NCBI RefSeq assembly: GCF_947179115.1
Contig: NZ_CAMXCI010000006.1
Coordinates: 28,575-52,574 of the forward strand
Reading direction: 5' to 3'
Length of the DNA stretch: 24,000 nt
Source of the DNA: Commensalibacter papalotli (ex Botero et al. 2024)
Lineage (GTDB): Bacteria; Pseudomonadota; Alphaproteobacteria; Acetobacterales; Acetobacteraceae
Part shown: positions 19,458 through 24,000 of the stretch, piece after piece
Position numbering within the stretch: the first letter of the stretch is position 1
How the letters are laid out: every line of letters starts with the position of its first letter
The notes under the pieces: model-generated
Told to the model about the DNA's origin: nothing
The model's input: the letters and a program-made list of their open reading frames with translations, nothing else
Database searches by the model: none
Translations under genes and position numbers: made by a program

Positions 19458-19910
19458 TTATAATGCACATTTACCGATTTTAATCGTGTGATCGACTTTA
19501 CATCCCATGAAATATTCAGGTTGATACGTTTCTTCGTTTATTCTGTTTTCCAGTTGAACAAATCCGTGTTTTTGATAAAATTTAACAGCAGCCTTATTCT
19601 CGGTATAAACATTTAAAAATAATTCAGAGCGAACCTGTTTGGCTCTTTCAATGAGGCTAGAGCCTAATCCTTTGCGTTGATATTGTGTTTTGATAAAAAG
19701 ACCAGAAATATAATTATCTGTTAATCCAATAAATCCCTTTATTCCGTGAATATCTTGTACATAGACTTCTGATGATGGAAGGATCATTCTGACTAAGTCA
19801 GTATTGTTTTTAAAAAAAGATGGATCAATAAAAGGGTGAGCGAATAGATTTTGATTGAGCCAAATAGCCATCACTTGATCTAAATCATTACTTTGAAATT
19901 CTCTGATCAT
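19458..19910 (-). CDS. GNAT-family N-acetyltransferase
   Basis: 150 aa with acetyl-CoA motif A QYQRKGLGSSLIERA, followed by the NxxAxxFYxKxGF motif (NKAAVKFYQKHGF). Confidence 0.8.
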   Translation of the reverse strand: MIREFQSNDLDQVMAIWLNQNLFAHPFIDPSFFKNNTDLVRMILPSSEVYVQDIHGIKGFIGLTDNYISGLFIKTQYQRKGLGSSLIERAKQVRSELFLNVYTENKAAVKFYQKHGFVQLENRINEETYQPEYFMGCKVDHTIKIGKCAL

Positions 19911-19934
19911 TGATCCCTCTATAATTTTAAAGAA

Positions 19935-21248
19935 CTATTTAAATAAAACAGCCCCCGCTGTACGATTGGTTGCTGTATCCACAAGGATAGCAGCCCCAAC
20001 GTCTTTGGCTTCATTATATGGTAAAATAGGAATGTGTTGTTGTAATACCAAAGAAACTTCTCCAATGCTGTTTTTATCCAGATTTTCGGCAGGTTCAGTT
20101 TCCAAAGTATGAATATTTAAATGATGTTCAATTGCTGATACTTTTGTTTTAATCCAACGGTGTCCGTGCTTTAACCAATAAGCACGCCCTACAACCAAAG
20201 GCTCATCATCTAACCATGCCAAGGTTGCTTTGGCTTCTTTTTGTGAAGTTGATGATTCAGCTGCAATTAACCAATCCCCACGGGAAACATCAATCTCTTG
20301 ATCTAAGATTAAACCGACAGATTGACCTGTAGCAGCTTCATGAAGTTCTTCTTGTAGTGCGTTGGCAAAGATCTTGCTGATTTTGGCTTTTGCACCAGAA
20401 GGCTGAACGGTCAAATGATCTCCAACCGTGACAGTGCCCGCAGCAACTCTACCCCAGAAAATACGACGACCATGTTGGGTTGATGAACCATCATGAGCTT
20501 CTTGTAATTTTTGCACGAACTGAACAGGGAAATGAAATGCTTGTGTGTTATACGCAACGTGAGAAGGGAGTGCTGTTAAGGCTTCTAATAGGCTAGGTCC
20601 TTGATAGACTTTTTCACATAAAATATTGCCATGTTTATCGGCATTACGAGTGGTAATATTTAACCCTTTTAATGCAGAAATAGGAATAATATCCGTAATG
20701 GTTACATTGGCTTGTTGGGTGAATTTTTCCAAAGCACGTTTGACATTAATAAATGCTGTATCAGGGTCCTTGATCGCGTCTAATTTATTAATGGCAAACA
20801 AAATAGAAGGCACTTTTAATAAGTTAGCCAATAAGGTATGACGACGTGTTTGAGGTAATAACTCAACCACTTTGTCTTCCCAATTGATTTTGGTTACATC
20901 AACCAAGATCACCGCAGCATCGCTGCTGCTGGCGGCGGTAATCATGTTGCGCGTATATTGCTCATGGCCAGGCGCATCGGCAATAATAAATTTACGTTCT
21001 GGCGTGGTGAAATAACGATAGGCAACATCAATGGTAATACCTTGTTCACGTTCAGCCTGTAATCCATCGGTTAATTTGGCTAGATCATAAGATTCATCAT
21101 CAGCAAGTTTATGTTGAATGCCAGAAAGCTGATCCGCAAGAATGGCTTTACTGTCCAGCAATAAACGCCCAATTAAGGTGCTTTTCCCATCATCGACGCT
21201 GCCAGCGGTTAAGAATTTAAGCGTATGTTTGTTTTGTAAAGATGACAT
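19935..21248 (-). CDS. cysN: sulfate adenylyltransferase subunit 1 (GTPase), short form without fused APS kinase
   Basis: G1 GSVDDGKSTLIGRLL, G3 DAPGHEQYTRNM, G4 NKLD. 437 aa. Directly downstream of cysD. Confidence 0.9.
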   Translation of the reverse strand: MSSLQNKHTLKFLTAGSVDDGKSTLIGRLLLDSKAILADQLSGIQHKLADDESYDLAKLTDGLQAEREQGITIDVAYRYFTTPERKFIIADAPGHEQYTRNMITAASSSDAAVILVDVTKINWEDKVVELLPQTRRHTLLANLLKVPSILFAINKLDAIKDPDTAFINVKRALEKFTQQANVTITDIIPISALKGLNITTRNADKHGNILCEKVYQGPSLLEALTALPSHVAYNTQAFHFPVQFVQKLQEAHDGSSTQHGRRIFWGRVAAGTVTVGDHLTVQPSGAKAKISKIFANALQEELHEAATGQSVGLILDQEIDVSRGDWLIAAESSTSQKEAKATLAWLDDEPLVVGRAYWLKHGHRWIKTKVSAIEHHLNIHTLETEPAENLDKNSIGEVSLVLQQHIPILPYNEAKDVGAAILVDTATNRTAGAVLFK

Positions 21249-21289
21249 AAAATCGTTTCCTCAAGAGTTAAAATGATGACAGCGTAAAC

Positions 21290-22204
21290 TTAGAAATAAC
21301 CTTCAAGTTTACGTTTCTCCATAGATGCTTCAGAGGTTTGATCATCCATACGGGTGGCTCCTCGCTCACTGATAGTTACAGCAGCCGTTTCCTTGACAAT
21401 GTCACTGGCATTGGCAGCATCACTTTCAATAGGGCAAGTACAAGTCATATCCCCAACAGTGCGGAAACGCACAGTTTTGGTTTCAATGGTTTCCCCTTCT
21501 TGCACAGGGGTAACATCGGTTACTGGCACTAATAATCCTTTACGGGGGATCACTTGGCGCTGATGAGCGTAATATAGGTTAGGAAGCGGGATTTTTTCTT
21601 GTTCAATATATTTCCACACATCAAATTCTGTCCAATTAGAGATTGGGAAGACACGGAAATTTTCGTCAGGTAAAATGCGAGTATTAAATATATTCCATAA
21701 CTCAGGACGTTGTGCTTTGGGTTGCCATTGACCAAAAGAATCACGATGAGAGAAAATGCGTTCTTTGGCACGGGCCTTTTCTTCATCGCGTCTTGCACCA
21801 CCTAGCAGCGCATCAAAACGAAATTCTTCAATTGCTTCTAGTAGTGTCACAGATTGGTGTGGATTACGGCTTTCCAAAGGGTGACTTAATCGAACAGTGC
21901 CACGTTTCATGGAATCTTCAACATTACGAACGATTAATTTTGCATTAAGCTCTTTGGCTCTGCGATCACGAAATTCAACAACTTCAGGGAAATTGTGTCC
22001 AGTATCAATCATCAATAAAGGGAAGGGGAATTGTCCTTGCCCAAACGCTTTTTCTGCCAAACGTAACATGACGCAAGAATCTTTTCCCCCAGAAAAAAGA
22101 AGTGCAGGGCGTTCAAAAGAGCCAGCCACTTCTCTCATGATAAAGATAGATTCTTCTTCTAAATCAGAAAGAGGAGTATATAAATTGGGTGAATGAGAAG
22201 TCAT
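21290..22204 (-). CDS. cysD: sulfate adenylyltransferase subunit 2
   Basis: PP-loop LFSGGKDSCVML, plus GGARRDEEKARAKERIFS, NWTEFDVWKYI and the C-terminal EGYF typical of CysD. Confidence 0.93.
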   Translation of the reverse strand: MTSHSPNLYTPLSDLEEESIFIMREVAGSFERPALLFSGGKDSCVMLRLAEKAFGQGQFPFPLLMIDTGHNFPEVVEFRDRRAKELNAKLIVRNVEDSMKRGTVRLSHPLESRNPHQSVTLLEAIEEFRFDALLGGARRDEEKARAKERIFSHRDSFGQWQPKAQRPELWNIFNTRILPDENFRVFPISNWTEFDVWKYIEQEKIPLPNLYYAHQRQVIPRKGLLVPVTDVTPVQEGETIETKTVRFRTVGDMTCTCPIESDAANASDIVKETAAVTISERGATRMDDQTSEASMEKRKLEGYF

Positions 22205-22237
22205 AAAATTTCCCTTAAGTCTTAAATCAAATCGTTA

Positions 22238-22996
22238 TTATTTTGAAGGTCTGTTTGATAGAGAAGATGCATCATGAACATGTAATCCACATTCTTTTGC
22301 GCCATCTTGTTCCCACCACCAACGTCCAGCACGGAAATCTTCACCTAAAGCAATCGCACGGGTGCAAGGTTCACATCCAATGCTAACATAAAATTGGTCA
22401 TGCAAGGGATTATAAGGTACGTTATTTTCTTTGACATAATGCCAGATATCCCCAATCGTCCAATCTAATAAAGGATTAATTTTTACCTTTGGCTGTGTTG
22501 CATCGCTTGGGTTTTCTTGTTCAACTATTTGTAAGTTGGCTCTAAAGTTAGATTGTTCTCTACGTAGGCCTGTAATCCAAGCTTCATGTCCCTTAAGCAT
22601 TACTTTTAAAGGGACTAGCTTACGAATATGGCAACATTCTTTGCGCAGCTCAACTGATTCGAAAATCCCATTTTCGCCATTTTTTTTGACATATTCAGCA
22701 ACTTGATCTTCATCAGGATAATAAGTTTTTATTTCCAGATTATAATGAGTTTTTGCTTGATCTTTAAGATCCAAGGTTTGCTGATGTAATTTTTTCGTAT
22801 CCAACATTGCAATAGAAATAGGTAGGCCTAAACGGTGAATAAAGTCCGTAATGACCATATCTTCGACCCCAAGGCTGGTGGCTTGAACGATTTGGCCATA
22901 CTCTGCCACCGCGTTTTTAAGGATTTCTTGAGTTTCAAGCAGTTTACGTTCATAAAATTCACTGGGTTTTTTAGAGTATAGTTCTATCGGAGTCAT
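22238..22996 (-). CDS. cysH: adenylyl-sulfate (APS) reductase, thioredoxin-dependent, Fe-S type CysH
   Basis: PAPS/APS reductase fold with the two extra Cys pairs of APS reductases (KECCHIRKLVPL and SIGCEPCTRA) and the catalytic C-terminal KECGLH. Confidence 0.88.
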   Translation of the reverse strand: MTPIELYSKKPSEFYERKLLETQEILKNAVAEYGQIVQATSLGVEDMVITDFIHRLGLPISIAMLDTKKLHQQTLDLKDQAKTHYNLEIKTYYPDEDQVAEYVKKNGENGIFESVELRKECCHIRKLVPLKVMLKGHEAWITGLRREQSNFRANLQIVEQENPSDATQPKVKINPLLDWTIGDIWHYVKENNVPYNPLHDQFYVSIGCEPCTRAIALGEDFRAGRWWWEQDGAKECGLHVHDASSLSNRPSK

Positions 22997-23257
22997 TATG
23001 TGTGAGCTTTGCTGAAAAAAGAAAATACGAAGCGATGTAAAACAAAAAATCCTTTTGTATAATTAGAACCTATCTTTTAACAAAAAAATTATAAAAAGGG
23101 TAGGTAGTGAACAAATGTTAATTTATTATACTTTATTTATATGTATTTAATTGTTTTTCTAAAATAAATCAACAAAAATATCATTTTTTATAGGATTTTA
23201 ATATATATAACTTAATATAATAGTGATTTATTTTATATGAGATTATCATCAAGAATT

Positions 23258-24000
23258 TTAAATTTCAAAGTCCATAATTGGCCTGAAATAAACTTTATCT
23301 CCTTTGTTTAAGTTATTTAAATCACGGGTAGTATTAGGAACTTGGGCTTCAATAGGATAATCACTGTCTTTGGGTTTTAAAACGATTTTTGTTACTGCAC
23401 CAAGAGGGCGAATATCGATTGCTTCAGCCTCAAAATATCCTATTTTTTCGGTATGAATGCTGAGGATAATTTCATGAGGTCTGAACGTGAAATTTTGTTC
23501 ACCAACTGAAAAGTGATTTGTTTCCCCAAGGAAATGATAAACGAAATCATTTTTGGGTGTGTCTAATATCTCTTTGGGTGATCCAATTTGCTCAATAACC
23601 CCTTTGTTCATAATCACAACGCGATCCGCAATTTCCATTGCTTCTTCTTGGTCATGGGTAACGAAAACGCTGGTCAGTTGTATTTCATGGTGTAAATTAG
23701 ATAACCATTGTCTTAGCTCTCTTCGGACTTTAGTATCTAAAGCCGAGAAAGGTTCGTCCAACAGTAATACGCTGGGATCAATCGCCAAGGCACGTGCCAA
23801 TGCAACACGTTGTTTTTGACCGCCTGATAATTCCTCTGGATATCGATTGGCTAAATTACCTAGTTGCACCATTTCTAATAGATGTTCAGCTTTTGCTAAA
23901 ATATTGGATGCAGAAGGCCTTTCTTTTTTTGGTTTTACACGTAATCCAAACGAAATATTTTCTAAAACAGTCATATGCTGAAACAGAGCAAAATGTTGAA
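23258..24000 (-). CDS. cysA: sulfate/thiosulfate ABC transporter ATP-binding protein, C-terminal two thirds; N-terminus outside window
   Basis: The frame stays open to the window edge (..[20 protein letters not shown]). ABC signature [15 protein letters not shown], Walker [13 protein letters not shown]-loop VFVTHDQ. Collinear with E. coli CysA as I recall it. Confidence 0.85.
   Translation of the reverse strand, partial: QHFALFQHMTVLENISFGLRVKPKKERPSASNILAKAEHLLEMVQLGNLANRYPEELSGGQKQRVALARALAIDPSVLLLDEPFSALDTKVRRELRQWLSNLHHEIQLTSVFVTHDQEEAMEIADRVVIMNKGVIEQIGSPKEILDTPKNDFVYHFLGETNHFSVGEQNFTFRPHEIILSIHTEKIGYFEAEAIDIRPLGAVTKIVLKPKDSDYPIEAQVPNTTRDLNNLNKGDKVYFRPIMDFEI

Overview
Visibly AT-rich chromosomal segment from a Gram-negative, gammaproteobacterium-like facultative anaerobe; the organism cannot be identified from the sequence alone. 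A partial alpha/beta-hydrolase lies on the + strand (1-318). Every other supported gene is on the - strand. In coordinate order: (1) nrdG and nrdD (class III anaerobic ribonucleotide reductase); the NrdD glycyl-radical motif sits in a separate, out-of-frame ORF at 790-1020. (2) A large orphan gene (3820-6280) encoding about 20 tandem 19-residue AIDA/autotransporter-type beta-helix repeats fused to a Hint (Hedgehog/intein, Hint_2/BIL-like) module and an unassigned ~200-aa tail. It is interrupted by a G7 homopolymer frameshift and flanked by 0.5 kb and 0.74 kb of ORF-free AT-rich DNA. (3) A tightly coupled three-gene operon (7020-13317): GltD-like FeS flavoprotein, pyruvate:ferredoxin oxidoreductase, DHOD-like flavoprotein. 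(4) An E. coli-type lacI-lacZ-lacY unit (13779-19366) with recognisable O1 and intragenic O2 operators but no lacA. (5) A GNAT acetyltransferase. (6) Sulfate assimilation genes cysA (partial), cysH, cysD and cysN of the APS rather than PAPS type. No transposase, integrase, tRNA, rRNA or CRISPR array was seen. The best candidates for new biology are the possibly phase-variable repeat-Hint protein and the PFOR operon bracketed by a split dihydropyrimidine-dehydrogenase-like electron-transfer pair.
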